From Lama glama (lineage: Eukaryota): 64,000 nucleotides of DNA. Made by a program: the position numbers and the translations under genes. Positions 38,640-52,157 of the stretch are shown one piece after another (the first letter of the stretch is position 1; each line of letters opens with the position of its first letter). Location of the stretch: NCBI GenBank assembly GCA_028534125.1, contig CM052816.1:21082001-21146000 (forward strand), given 5' to 3'. Below the pieces are notes generated by a model. The model had not been told where the DNA came from. It did not search any database and saw nothing but the letters and a program-made list of their open reading frames with translations.

Positions 38640-39740
38640 CATTCGTTGTGCCAGGAGCTGAAGGTTGGTCCCTGGCCCGGGAAGGCCGCCTGGCCGGATG
38701 CGCGGGTCCCGCCCTGGGTTCCTCCCAGACTCCGACCAAAGCATCAGGTGGGGCCCAGGATTCGGTCATACGAGGCGGACGCGGTCTCTCCTGGACCCGA
38801 CGGGCCTCCTGTAGCCCGTCGACACTCTGGCGGGTGATCCCAGTGCATTTGCAGGAGGCAGCTTGGAGGGGGAGACCCCTAGGGCGCGCGCAGCACCCTA
38901 CTCTCCTCCGCACAGAAAGGGCTTCCTAGAGCGCGGGCGCGGGACACTCCCACCCAGGCTGGGCTCCAGCCTCCCAGGGACACACCGCAGGCCCCAGGCA
39001 CCGGCCCTGGGCCCCCGGGCACTGCCCTCCTGGCCTCTGCCCTCCCGGCCCCCCCAACTCGCGGACTACAAGTCCCAGCAGTCCCTGCAACTGGCACCTC
39101 CCGCCTCGCAGCGGAGACCCCCGGCCGTCCCAGCGGCGGGGCTCGAGCTGCGCTCGTGGCCGGGACGGGCGGGGAGGCCGGTCCCGCGGGCGGGGGCGGA
39201 GGCGGCTCCGCGGCTTCTCCCGCCGCCGCCGCCAAGGGGAGTTTCCAGGAAGTGGCCATATTGGATCCATTCAGCCGCAGCCGCCCGGGCGGAGCGCGTC
39301 CCGCAGCCGGCTTGTCCCCGTCGCCCCCGGGTGCTCGTCCCGGCTCGCCCGCCCGGCGCGGAGCTCGCCATGGCGGCCACTGACCTGGAACGCTTCTCGG
39401 TGAGGGCCCTGCTGGGCCGCGGCGCGCGCGGGAAGCACGGGGCGCGGGGAGGGGGCCGCCCTGCAGCTGGCCGGGGGCGCGAGCCGGGCTGTCAGCACCG
39501 CGCAGCTGGGCCTCGACGCCGGGCGGGCGGGGGGACACCGGAGCGGGCTCTTCGCAGCGCTTTCTCGGGGTCGCGGGACTGCTGGCTGGGGCGCCTTGCC
39601 GGGCGGCTGGCGGGGGCGCCCCCCTTGGGCGAAGAAGAGGCAGACCCCTTTCGCGAAAAGGAGCAAATAAATATCCGCCTAGTTGCGGCCAGGTGCGAGG
39701 ACAGACTGGGGCCTCGGGGGCCGGACAGAAGGATCCAGGA
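38640..39740. promoter_or_regulatory. SEPTIN8 CpG-island promoter with ZNF143/THAP11 motif, GC boxes and ETS site
   Basis: GGACTACAAGTCCCAGCAGTCCCTGC at 39063-39088; GGGCGGGG boxes at about 39166-39200; CAGGAAGT at about 39246. Confidence 0.85.
39370..39399 (+). CDS. SEPTIN8: SEPTIN8 coding exon 1 (MAATDLERFS)
   Basis: GCCATGG Kozak; TCG|gtgagg donor; recalled SEPT8 N-terminus. Confidence 0.95.
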
Positions 39741-40899
39741 TTCTCCGAACCCCCATCTCCCTGAGTGTTTCTTTCTACACTGCTGGGGAGATGCCTAGCA
39801 GCGCAGGTGCTGTTTGATGGGCACAACCGGTGAGGATGAAGCCCTAGGGATCCGAGGGAGTCCTTCAAATGAGCTCAGGGCAGTTGCAGACTTGGGTCTT
39901 GAAGACCTGGGCCTGCTTTTGCTTCCCGCTCTAACCCCCAACCTCCACCCGCTACCCAAGCGCCTGGATCCTGGGTGCGATTCCAGGCAGGTCCGGCCTC
40001 AGTGGTCGGGTCTGAAGCAGCCATTGCCCAGGAACTAGAGAGATTCCAGATTCAGCCCAGTGGATGTTTGTTTGGGCCCCAGTTCGGGTATGCCTTCTGC
40101 AGGGCTAACGTCTCTGGTGATCCCTGCAGAGGTCTCTCAGGGCCTGAGCCGACCAATAGCCAACTTCCTGAAGGCTTTTTATAATTCACCCGGGGAGAAG
40201 GACCTTTTGGGGATTGTGTTTGCATGTCCCTTGATGTCTAAGGCTGGATTTGGGTGTGTCTAGGAGGTTGGGCTGTGAAGGAAGCTGTGTCCTCTTGCCA
40301 GCATGGCCCTGGTCCGTGGTAAGGGGGAGGAAAGGCCCAGGGATTTTGGGGGGAGGGGGGGTATGCTAAATATGTGACCGATAAGGAATTGGTTCTGGGA
40401 CTAAATAAGGGATCCAGGACTTATGTAATTAATGCTATAAATACTCTGTTCTGAATTTATATATGTAAATTTTCTCTTTAATCTGAAAATACATTTTTTG
40501 GTCTACTTTGGAAATATGCATAAATAAAGCAGGAACTCCTGGTTTCATAATTTTTAGACTGGGGTAATTTATTCTCATTGGAGAGGGGGCTGCAAGTCAG
40601 GTCAGTAAGTTTAAACACAGGATTTAGAGGTTGGGCAAATCAAAGTTCACCCCACCCCCGCACTGTAAATGGGAATTTGTTCAGGCACCCCAGGAGGCCA
40701 GTGCCTGAATCCCAACAGACCTGCTGGTTAGCTGGAGGCCAAGAGACCTGTGAATGTTTGCACATCTCTGCCTGTATGTCTGTGTGCATTTTCTGTGCCC
40801 AGCTGACCAGAAAGTTATGTGTGGCGCTTGTCTGTCTGTGGCCAGAGGTGGTTCTAACAGTTGGTCTTGCAGGTGGGAATGGTATGTAGAGTAACCAGA

Positions 40900-41090
40900 A
40901 TCAGACTGCCTGATGTGTTGTTGGCCGTGTGACCTTGGGCAAGTTGTTTAACCCCTCAATGTTCTTATCTGTATAATGGAATAAAAATACTACCTCCCTC
41001 TTAGGGTTATTGGAAGGATTTAATGAGAGGATCCAGGTGAGGTGCTTAGAGCAGTGTCTAGCACATGGTAAAGACACAGTAAGTGATATG
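40900..41090 (+). mobile_element. MIR SINE
   Basis: tgtgaccttgggcaagttgtttaacc...cttatctgtataatggaataaaaatactacctccctc...gtgcttagagcagtgtctagcacatggtaa. Confidence 0.85.
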
Positions 41091-44000
41091 TGATACATAG
41101 TGTCAACGTGGATGTGAAGACTGGCCCTCTCTGTAAAAAGGCAGCAGAGAATGAGTTTGCTCCATTAGACAGCACCCTCCCTAGGGTCTCCCATCACTGC
41201 ACATCCAGAGGTTATCCTCAGAGGCTGAACTGAAAGGCTCTGCTGCACTACCAGGCAGTCAGCTGGAAAGGCTCTTGCCCCCAGATTCCTGTGTTTGCTC
41301 TTAAACCACATCTGTGAGGAGTTCAGGTATTATCCCCATGGTGGGCCAGCGCACCGAGAGGGGACTGACTCAAGTAAGGGTGTACAACCTGAGCTCAGGG
41401 GCCTCGGTTACTGTGCCAGGTTAAGTCAGATGAATGGATACCTTCCACACCCTTCATGCTTTGGGCCGTCAGCCTCCTGGGAGGATTTGGACACGGTTGA
41501 ATTTGGGTGGAGACCTTGGGTGGGGTTTGGCCAGAATTTAGGAGTCTGGACTCCATTCTCTCCTGCCTTGTCATCCTGGGAAAATCATTTCTTCCTTTAT
41601 CTTGCTATGAAGTGGATATAACCATACTGGTATTCTTCAAAGAGTTTCTGGAAGATTAATTGCAGTCTGTGGCATGTTGGGAGATATGTTTAGGTGTCTC
41701 ACCAGCCCCAGGGTGGACTTGAGTGTTAAGCAGTGGCCAAGAGGCTATGATCTGACTGAGCGGTAGCAGGTTGACACTGCCCCTTGGGCTAGCTCGGTAG
41801 TTGGACCAGCCCCAGAGGGCTTGGGAACTCTCCCAGCCTGGAGCTTAGATGAGCATAGTGGTGCTCTGAGGTCAGTGTGTGCTGGGCTCCTGTTCCCCAC
41901 GTGGCGTGATGTAAACCCCTCAGGCTCAGCATCCTTTACACTCTGGCTGAGCCTTGCTCAACCCTGGATCAGCCATGGAGTTAGAGTTGAGATGTCCCTG
42001 GATGTGCATGTCTGGAACAGCCCTCTGGGGAGTTTCTGTTCCCTCTTGCCCTCCTTGGGCAGCCAGAATCCTGTCTACTCTTGCTTTGCCCTCCTCCTTC
42101 CTGGGGCCCAGACTCTGGAGCATACTCTTTTTCTGACCCAGGGTCCAACTCCTGTGCTTCTTCTGTTGGAATCTCATGGGGCAGGGTTCAGACTCCATGG
42201 TGAGGGAGGACTGAGCGCCCAGGGAGAGTGGAGCTCTGAGGGAGAGGGGGTGTGTGGCACGGCAGCCTCATGCCTGGCATCCCTCCCAGCCAGTCACTCT
42301 CCCCCATTCCCTCACCACTTTATCCCCAGCACCATCTGTCACTTCCGTTGTCACCCCTGTAATCTTGACACTTCCCCAAGAAGCAGGCTATCCAGAGAGT
42401 GCCTACTCCATCCTTGAAGCAAGAGCTGGTGGGAAGGAATGTGGGAGGCAGCCCTCTCACCCTAGTGGAGCTGTCATGGAGTGGTATCTCCCTGTTCTTT
42501 GAAAATGGCCAATAACTTCCCTGCTGAGCTGTTCTGAAGGAGAAACAAGAGCTGAGCAAGGGACATCTATGCAGCTCTCAGTGCCTGGTGGGGTGGAGGG
42601 GTTATATGTGAGCACCACCTGCAAGGCTGCAGCTCCACCTGCTTCTTCTGGGAGGGGAGTTGGCCCTGCCCTGCCTCCCTCATAGGCATGATACCACGCT
42701 TTGGGTACTCACCTTAGAAAGTTCTGCCTAGGATCTTGATTGGAATGGATCCCAGCAGGGAGACTGATGGGAAGGCATTGTTGATCCAAGGGAGCATATA
42801 GTAAGGGACTGACCAGGGTAGGAACAGAGAGGGTGGCAAGAAGGAGACTGACCACAATGCCAGCCACTTGGGAGAATGGATGGAGACTGGGAACCCAGAG
42901 CCAGACATTTGTCAAAAGCTTGGGATGGCAGGGAGGGTGCTGGATATTTTGTGTCCATCACCTGGTTGATGCCAGCAGCCTGTGGGTGAATAAGGATGCA
43001 GACTCTGGTCTTTGGCACGTGTGGGCCTGAGACCCAACCTCCTCCCTTGAGCCCCCCTTGAGATGACCAAGAGGGTAGAGCCCTCTGAGTTTTGAGTCCT
43101 AAGATGGGCTAGGTGGAGGTAAATATTCGGGGCAGTAACCATCAGGAATGTTTCTGTGGCTCTGGTCCAGCTACCAGAAGAAAGCCGCTGCAGGATGACA
43201 GAGCAAAGGGCCTGAGGTCTGGCTGGCCTCCGTGTGTCCCCTGCAGCCTCTCCAGTCTTCCACCTCTGTGCTACCAGCTTGGGTCTCAGGATCCCCAGTC
43301 ATGGCCCCAAGGCACAAACTTTGCCAGAGAACTAGATGTGGAGCTATGCAGGCAGAAGGGAGACACATATGCTGAGGGAAGGAATGCCTCCCAAGGTCGA
43401 CACGCCTTTGTGATAGAGCTGGGGTGTTCTTTGCTGGAGCCATTTGCATCCTCAGGGCTCGTGTGAGGAACCACGTCTGGGAAGAGGTGGTGGAGAACAG
43501 GGCAGGGGACATCCAGGCTGTAACATCAGTTGCCCTGGATGGTATTAGGGCAAATTAGATATTCTTCTCCCTAGAACACATGGCTTCCAGATGGTTCTTG
43601 GCCCCATGTTGGAAGCCACATGGGAGGGACAGAACCAGGGAAGGAAAGAATAGGGCCTATTTGAGATCACAGGTTCTCCCTACTCTCTGAGGGGCCCCTG
43701 GGCTTGGGCCACCTGGAGCCCGAGGTTCAGGGAAGGCTGTGGGCATGGACCCAGGTTCACTCACCAGGCTGCAGGACCTGGGTGCAAGCGTGACACTCTG
43801 CCTGGTGCTGGGGTGAATGGCACATGCAACAGAGAAGTATAGCAGTCCTTCCTGGAGCCTCCACTGGCCCTCTTCGGTGCCCCTGCATTTCTCTGCCCCT
43901 TCCCAGCACCAGCATCCATCCTAGGGTAAGAGGGGGGCAGGGTCGCCTTTGCTGCCCACATTCCTCTTTCCAAGGGTGGGGTCTCATTCACTGTGGAACA

Positions 44001-45964
44001 TAGGCTGCCTTCATCTAGTGATGTCCAGACTGCTGTGGCTTTTCCTGCTTCAGGGAAGTAGGGGCTGCCACCAGAATCCCTGAGCCAAGTGGGAAGGTAT
44101 GAACACCTGGAGTTCCAGTACCTTCTGTGGCCCCTAGTGCCCTCCCCATCCACTCCAAGGTGAGATGGACCACTCCCTCTTAGGCGGCACAACAAAGCTC
44201 AGGAGTGTTTCTGTGTCCTAGGCCTGGGGCAGGGTGGTGGGCCCAGAGACCAGTAACTGTGCTGCTGGCTTCTTGGAAACCTGATTCTGACATGAGAAGT
44301 GTGAAACAAACCATCCCAAATTACTAAGCGGCTGTCTTGTGTGCAGAGAGGAAGGGAAGTGCTTCTCATTGAGGCAGGGAAGCAGAGAGCCTGGAATACT
44401 GGGGTCAGGGCATGGGTGGCCTTGGACTTCTGGGGGTAGTTTCTCTCTCAAAGTCCCTTCTCTTCCCAAGATGGAGGGGGGATGAATGGCCTTGAGGGAG
44501 TGACCTCCTCCTGGGGCCCAACTGCCATCTTGCCATTATCACCTTGTTTGCTATTGTGCTAGTGCCATGAAGGCTGATCCTGGCTCATGTGTTTTCCCCA
44601 GGTTTTTGTTGCCACCTTAGGAGATAGACACTTTGGTTCTCAGGTGTCCTCTTGATTGCAGACAGGTATATCCTGCCTCTATTCTTCCCTCCTGGCCCAG
44701 GGTAGCAGCCCTACCACCCCCTCCCTCCCATGCGCATCCCTGTGGTTATTTCCCGTAACCTTTGACCTGGGCTTAGAGGCTTGTTGTGGAATCCTGGGAC
44801 CAGAGCCTAAGCCTTTCCTGGGAAAATTCCTAGGATTCCTCTCGGACTCAAGGACAGTTGTTCTATGACCACGGGTTCTGGCCAGAGGCCTCTGCTCTGG
44901 CTATTTAAGGTCCAGAGTAGCTAGAGCCGGGGGTAGGGTGGTTTGTGCCAGGAGCATGGGCGGAGAAGGCTCCCAGTGGCGCGGAGACTCCTGGGTCCAT
45001 TGCACAGCAACTTAATACGCCTCCCCGAAGCTGGAGCTCTCTTGGGGAGAAGGCTTCATGTCTGCCTGCGGGGTGCTCAGGACAGTAGGTGCTAGGCATG
45101 GGAGCCTGAGAGGAGAAAAGTGTTAGAACTCCAGGGCACTTGGAGAGAACTCTGTGGAAGATCTGGGGCGGGGGCTACTCTTTGTCTAGGATTCAAGAGT
45201 CAGATATAGTTATGGTGGGCTATCAACTCTGCTCCCACCTGAACAACCAACCCAGTCTGGGAGGCTTGGTCTCAAGGGATCTTTATTCACCCATAGCTTC
45301 CTCGCCTCTATTGGTGCAGACATTCAACAGATTGCCAGTTCCTCCAGGGTAAAAGCCTGTTTTTGTGTGGGCAAGTGAGACATGGTTTCTCCCCAAATCT
45401 CACCTCTCTTCTTGGTAAAGGGGGCAGCTCCTCTTGGCTGGTTATTAGGGCTGCTCCAGAAGACTCAGACAGCATTTCCTGGTCAGGAAAAGGACGTCCT
45501 ATTTATCCACTGGGCTGCATAACAAAATGCCATTCTCCACTTTGTTCTGGACGACCGGGCATGGAGGAACGCAGTCAGCTTGAGCAGTTATTATTTTGGT
45601 TGTTGTCTTTGATGTGCCAAAGAAATGATGACATAGAATCCCGGAGCCTGGCTCAGGAGCCAAAAGCTTGTTAGTGATTAGAGAGGGGATAATGGCCCTG
45701 TGGAGTTTCCCATTGTGTGTGTAGAGCTCAGAGCTGCTGACTCTATATCCTGGAGCTTTGAGGACAGCTCAGGCCCCTCAGAGCTGCACCCCTGGGAGCT
45801 GGTTGTGTGGAAAGGGCCAGAAGCAGCTGGGCCCACCTCTCACCAGGGTCTGAGTTGAGTTGTCCAGCAGGAAAGCTCCTCCTGCAGAGCAGTCTCCTGT
45901 GCGTCTCCATAACACGAGTGGAGACCTGGTGTTTTCTCCTTCCAGGTCACTATCCTACCAGACC

Positions 45965-46125
45965 TGGGGTTGCAGACTGTCAGGCCCCAGACATACTGTG
46001 TTGGGCCCTCATGGTATTCTCAATTTGTAGTTGTTGCCAACTTTTGAAAATTAGTGGGTTTCACATAAAAATACGGATTTCTGGATTCTGTTTAAAAAAA
46101 AATGGGAAATCTAGCAACGCTAGGT
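45965..46125. mobile_element. hAT-Charlie-type MER DNA transposon remnant
   Basis: tttcacataaaaatacggatttctggattct...aaatctagcaacgctagg resembles a MER102/103-type end. Confidence 0.5.
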
Positions 46126-46259
46126 CTGCATTTCCACAGTTGGCTGGAGTCACAAAACCATAGCCATCTTGGACTGAGCGCAGCCTCTGCAGTTCCCCGC
46201 TGTTCCTACCACTCCCTGAGGCCCCCACACTCAGCCAAGGCACCGAGTCTTTCATCCAA

Positions 46260-46510
46260 TAGGCAGCAGAGTGATGTGGCTGGAAGTGTGGGTTTTGCAG
46301 TCAGACCATCTCCATTCAGATCCTGGCTTCACCCTCCTGAGCAATGTGGTCTTGGAAAAATTACCTAATCTCTTGGTGCCTCAACTGTCTACTTCTGTAT
46401 AGTGGAGATAATATACAGCCTACCTCATAGGGCAAATGCGTGGACTAAATAAGATTAAATTAGAGTCATACGTGGTAAGCACTTGATAACTGTTAGGTGT
46501 GGTTGTTATT
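46260..46510 (+). mobile_element. MIR SINE
   Basis: cagtcagacc...ttcagatcctggcttc...gtcttggaaaaattacctaatctcttggtgcctca...cctacctcataggg. Confidence 0.8.
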
Positions 46511-49500
46511 ACTAGAGTGCTTCCCTTCACTCACATTACCTGCCTAGCTTCTACAGGCATTTGCGATTATCCCCTCATCTCTAGAATCTGGTGTCCTCAT
46601 CTTTTTATTGGCGGCCATCCCAGTGCCTGGCACACAGCAGATGTGCCCAGCAAGCATGTGTTGGGTGGCTGAATGAATGAGTTAAGAACATTGTGAGAGT
46701 GGGGGAGTATTCAGTATAGCTGAATGGTTTGGGGCAAGGGCTTGGCTGCTCCCAAAGCCCTACTCGGCCCTGATTAGTTCTCTAGCTTCTGTGCACCTCA
46801 GTTTCCTTACCTGTAAAGTGGGGATGATAATGGTGTCTGCCACATAGGGTGGGAAAAGACTGTATAAATAACTCGGCTTAGTCTGCACAGGTGGTCCTTG
46901 GCGAAGTGGGAGTTATCTTTTGACAGCCGTTCCTTCTTGCGGTGCTAACACCACTTTTTCCTTCCCTGTCCTTGCTCTCCTGGCTTTCTCCTTGTTCTGC
47001 TGCATGAAGAGAGTTTCACTCCGGAGACTGTAGCAGTCAGGAAGCTTTCAGTTGCAGGTAATAGGTAGTTCCCATTCACCTGGCTTAAGCGGTAAAGGGG
47101 AGATGTGGCCAGGGAAAAGGGAAAAGCCCAGAGGTAGAGCAGACACTGGCTCTCTCTTCTCTGTGATTTTATTGGCTCTGCCATCCTCTGTGAGTGGGTT
47201 TTAGTCTTAGGCTGGGTCCCCTTATGGTTATAAGATGGTCGTAAACGCTCAACCTGGGTCGCTTACCTGTGCCTGAACCAATTGTGGGATCAATGCTGAC
47301 TGGCTTAGGAGCTAGCCCTGGAGTTGGAGCTGAGGTCTTGACCTGTCAAACTGCAGGTAGTGGGTGGGAGACCTGCAGCTCCTTTCTGAGCTGTGGGAGC
47401 TGAGACGTGCTTGTGATGCTTTGTAGGCTGCTGGCTCCTGCCAGCTAGGACCCCACACAGATCAGCAGAAACACCTGGGGCGGGCGCTTTGCAGTAAGCG
47501 GTGCACCTTGGATCACATGTTGTTGATGCCAAATATAGGATCGGGGAGGTTGGCATTAGTGAGAGTCACACCTCAGTAGAGCTGGGAGGTCAGGTCAGTC
47601 TCCTGAGACCAGGGAACAACACTCTGTCCCTGGGAGAACCAGCAACCATTCTTGTGTGTGTGCACGTGTGTGTATGTGCTCCCATGGCCCCTGAGGCTCC
47701 GGAGCAGGCATCGATTGCCCCCGGTCTGTGCCCCTGGAGTGACAGAGTGCACCTAGGCAACAACTTGGGCACAAGGACCTCCCTGTACTCCACACACTTC
47801 TCCAGAGAGAGCCCAGCTATGTGAGTGAAGGCAAGCAGGGCTGGCTGAGCATGGGTAGGTGGGCTTTGGTGAGATCCCCAAGTGCTGCTCTTGGCCTTTG
47901 GAGCCTGGGATTATAAGAGAGTCAGGGAAACTCAGGAAGAGGATGGCCTCTGTTTCTGTGCGAGTACTCTGTCTGTGCGCGTGTGTGGTTTCCAGACACA
48001 GCTGACTGGGTGGGTTTTGGCGGCAGACTACAGGATGTTGGATTGCATCCTGATTGTGTCACTCTTGGAAGAAGAGGATGAATAAACACATAGCCTTCTC
48101 TGCAAGCACAGCACGCCTTAAATTTTGGAGATTTTCAGTCTCGCCTGAAAGAAAAAAACTCTAGACTAGCTGTTCTGTCCTCCATTTGATCCTCAAGCTG
48201 CCACAAGCAGGTGGAGCAGAGAGCAAATAATGAAACTCTGTGTAAGGTGGGCAGATGCCCCCGATGCTGTGGCAGTCGAAGACAGTGTTCTGTGATTTAT
48301 AAATGGTAGTGTTGTGTGTTGGGTACAGTGGTGGAAGGGTGGGAAGAATGGGAAACCTGTCCTTTCCCTGTCCCCGCCTGCAGCCCACTTCAAGGAGCTT
48401 ATGGAGGAGTTGGAGAATCACAGTGCATATGAAAAGGACAGATAGTAGTGCAAGAGAATGGGGTCACAGCCAAGTGAGGAGCCTGAAATGTAAGTACTTA
48501 GGGCTCAGCCCAGAGCAGGTGCCAGGGAAAAGGCAGAGTGATCTCTGGAGCCCAGGGAAGGGGCCAAGTTTGAAAAGTGCACTCACAGGTAGCCAGCCAG
48601 GCAGGAACTGAGCCTGTGAGAAAGACCTCACAGTGAAGGGCCTGGAACACCATGCTAGGGGGTGTGGACCTGACCCAGCACATCCTATGCTCCATTTACT
48701 GGTTTTGATGTGGGCACCAGTGAGAGGAAGCTGCCTTTGGGGACTTTTTTTTATTATGTTTGCAGCCCTGGGGGGACCTGGACTTTATTGGAAAGGTTGT
48801 GACATAATCCTCTGGGGATAGGGGACAGGGAGAAGCTTTAAGAGCAAGGAGGATCATTGGAGAGAACAGGTTTAGAGGTAACTCTGACTTGTTCAAGGAG
48901 ATAGTACAACTGCCCAGAGAGGCCATGTGGGGTCTCGGCTGCACACATGCACTTGGGAGACTTTGTTGCCGGGTTGCAGTGACAGAGCTGGGGGAGAGGG
49001 CCTGGGGGAGGGGGCACATGGGCACGGTGAATGAAGAAGAGAGGGTTGATTTGAGTACCAGGTGCTCTAGCTGGGAGGAAAGCATGGTTAGAAAGTTTAG
49101 GCTGAGGCAACAGGTCAGGGGGTGCGCGGATGCTCAGGAGATCCCTGTGCTGGAGGCTGGGATCCAGGGCCCTGCTGTCTGGTCCCCAGCCCCCTCTGCC
49201 CACTGTGCCTATGTCCACATTGGCATAAAGGCTGCCACTGTCCTAATCTGTGCCCCTGGGGCTGTCTTCAGTTGGTCCTGGAGCTGTGGGCTGGATGGCA
49301 GGATAAGACCCAGACCTCCTGCCCTGCCCTGTCCTGTCCTTGCTCTGTCTAGCTGGCAGTCAGGGCAGAGGGGCTCGGGAATGGCGGAGGCATGTTTCTG
49401 CCCCACACAGAGCTCTCTGGGGCCTGCCCTCGGGAGGGGCCAAACCCAGGGAGGCTGAGCCTGGGAACCTTCCCTTGGAAGACAGTATTCCACCCCCTTC

Positions 49501-50408
49501 CAAGGAAGCAGAGCCTCCGTCCACACAGATTGGAGTTTGACCTTGACCCTCTGCTTTGGGTCCTGGTGGGTTCTTTTTATAGCTCTGTGGGCCAGCTTAG
49601 TGGCCCCTGCTTGCTCAGGGCTGCTGCCTGCGTTGCTGGGCAGGCCTCCACATTCTCCTCCAGAATCCTCTGTCTAAGCAACTAGGACTGGGTAGGGCTG
49701 GGAGGGTGGTGCAAGCCAGAGCCTGGGAATCCCATGAGAATAAATACCGCTGAGGCAAGAGGAGGCCTCAGAGTCACCATGCCCCAGAGACTGGTCTGGA
49801 GACCCAGTGGTGGGTCCAAGTGAGCACTGGCCCCTTAGGTAGGCCCATGTGTGCATTTCACAATTGGGTGTGTGAGGAGCAAGGGATGCCCATGGAGGGC
49901 TGTGAGCCCAGCCTGATGGGGGAGGCCCCCCAACAGTGCAATTGTGAGAGTTTCAGGCCAGACCTGCCTTTGCTTGAGTCCTGCTTCCATAGGAGAGGCC
50001 ACAAGAACACATAAACCCTCCAATCTTGGCCTTTTGAAATACTTTGAGACCCAGGGACCATCTGGGGCCTCCCGGGCAGGGGGGCAGGTGAGCCCTCAGG
50101 GTAGCAGCCCTAGGTCTTGGGACCATCTGCCAGGTGATGCCTCAGGCCCAGGCATCCCTGGTCAGTCCAGGAGGAGTAGACCCAGAGGCCAAAGGCCGTT
50201 TCCCAGATGAATTCATGAGCCCTGAGGCCCTTGGGCTCCTTCTGTGGAAACTTGGCCTGAGGTTGGGGTTCTGGTGCACTTAACAGTGTGGCTGAGATAT
50301 ACTGATGGTTCAGACAAGGTTGGGGGTGACTGACTCAGCTTTGGCCTCCCCGCTACTCGGTCCCTTTTCCCCAGTGGGCTCACTGCCTTCTCTGTTCTCT
50401 CTTGGCAG

Positions 50409-50529
50409 AACGCAGAGCCGGAGCCCCGGAGCCTCTCCCTGGGCGGCCATGTGGGCTTTGACAGCCTCCCCGACCAGCTGGTCAGCAAGTCAGTCACTCA
50501 GGGCTTCAGCTTCAACATCCTGTGTGTGG
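50409..50529 (+). CDS. SEPTIN8: SEPTIN8 coding exon 2
   Basis: [40 protein letters not shown]; ttggcag| and G|gtgagt. Confidence 0.97.
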
Positions 50530-51471
50530 GTGAGTGTCATGGCCTGACCAGGGGGCATCCTCAGACCAAGGATGGACAAGGACCTTCTGGGAGATGGGAC
50601 ACTGCTGCCCTGACCACCTGCTGAGCTGCAAGGGACCCCCACCCCACCCCAGGCAGAGTGACACTGGGGGCTGGTCAGGGCGAGGCTTTGGTGGGTGTCT
50701 CTGCCAGGGTCAAGGACAGAGTGGGAGCCAGGGCCCAACTCAGGGTTGCCATGAAGAGGAAACAGGATTAGGCGCATGAAAGTACTTTGTAAACTCAGTG
50801 TTTGTAACAGTGGTTTAGATTCATTTGTTTGCTTGTTCAAAAAACACTTACTGTTGTTCCCAATGTGTCAAAGACACTGTGGTAAACCAGATTCTCCCTC
50901 CATTACAGTATCATGTGGAAAGAGCTCCAGTGCACATCTGAACAAATACAACAAAGAGCCCTGCCAGACCCTCCACAGGTGCCCAGGCCCTGGCATCTGC
51001 CAGGAAAGCAGCCTTTCCTCAACAACTCCCACTCCCAATTAAAGCTACATGGGCCTGGGGCCACCCAGGACAGGTGGGCTGAACCACTGGTGGCTTCAGA
51101 CCCTGGCCCTACTGGCCCCATGACCATCCTGGGCCCAGGAGGGATGGCATGGAAAGCAGGTGACTGTGTTCCACTGAGGCCAGCAGAGGTGTCCATTGGT
51201 GCCTCACAGTTACCTGGCTCTGCCTCTTCCCTACACCCATGTCTCATGTCCAAGTCAGCCTTTTGGCTCTTGTGTCCACATATTATTTCTGAGGCTACTG
51301 AGAAGGAATGGTTCCTGAGGACAAGGACAGTGAGGGATGGAGTGGGAGGCCTGCTCCTCTCTCTTGTATGGAGGCTCAGGGTGCCTGAGCCCCACCTGGC
51401 CTAGCTGACAGCCAGGGACAGTCCCAGTTCCAGCCTTTGACATCCCCTCCCCTGACAACCTGTTCTCCCAG

Positions 51472-51667
51472 GGGAGACTGGCATTGGCAAGTCCACACTG
51501 ATGAACACGCTCTTCAACACGACCTTCGAGACAGAGGAAGCCAGTCACCATGAGGAGTGTGTGCGCCTGCGGCCCCAGACCTATGACCTCCAGGAGAGCA
51601 ACGTGCAGCTCAAGCTGACCATTGTGGACGCTGTGGGCTTCGGGGATCAGATCAATAAGGATGAGAG
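51472..51667 (+). CDS. SEPTIN8: SEPTIN8 coding exon 3 (P-loop GETGIGKS, G3 DAVG); GC donor
   Basis: ctcccag| acceptor; the frame requires AG|gcaaga at 51668. Confidence 0.95.
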
Positions 51668-51970
51668 GCAAGAGGCGGGAAGGGCAGTCTCTTCCCCATC
51701 CCACCCACATTGCCCAAGGTTCTAACACCCTGCCCTAGCACTCTGCCCTCCTCGCTGCTCCCCCGATGGGGAACCAAGCTGTGTTCCATGAGGGCCAGAG
51801 GAGGGCTGCTTGGGGGGCCAGGAGAAAGGGTCAGCCTCCTGGACTCAGACAGAGATCCCTGGATAGAAGTTGTTTGTTCCTCCAGATGAAGGCTGGTGGG
51901 CATCCTGGCTTGGCTCCGGCCCTGCCCTGTGTCTCCACTGCCTACCTCCAGGTGACAGAGCTATCTGTAG

Positions 51971-52157
51971 TTACAGGCCCATCGTCGACTACATTGACGC
52001 ACAGTTTGAAAACTACCTGCAGGAAGAGCTGAAGATCCGCCGCTCACTCTTCGACTACCACGACACAAGGATCCATGTCTGCCTCTACTTCATCACACCC
52101 ACGGGGCACTCCCTCAAGTCCCTGGACCTCGTGACCATGAAAAAACTGGACAGCAAG
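51971..52157 (+). CDS. SEPTIN8: SEPTIN8 coding exon 4
   Basis: [24 protein letters not shown]...[32 protein letters not shown]. Confidence 0.97.

Noticed and set aside
38863..39868. 311-aa and 329-aa ORFs over the SEPTIN8 promoter
   Set aside because: CpG-island stop depletion with R/P/G/A-rich translation; only 39370-39399 is supported as coding.
47680..48495. Possible alternative coding first exons in SEPTIN8 intron 1 (donor-like gtgagt ~47821, gtaagt ~48490)
   Set aside because: Upstream ATG frames end in phase 2 or 1, incompatible with phase-0 exon 2; no other support.
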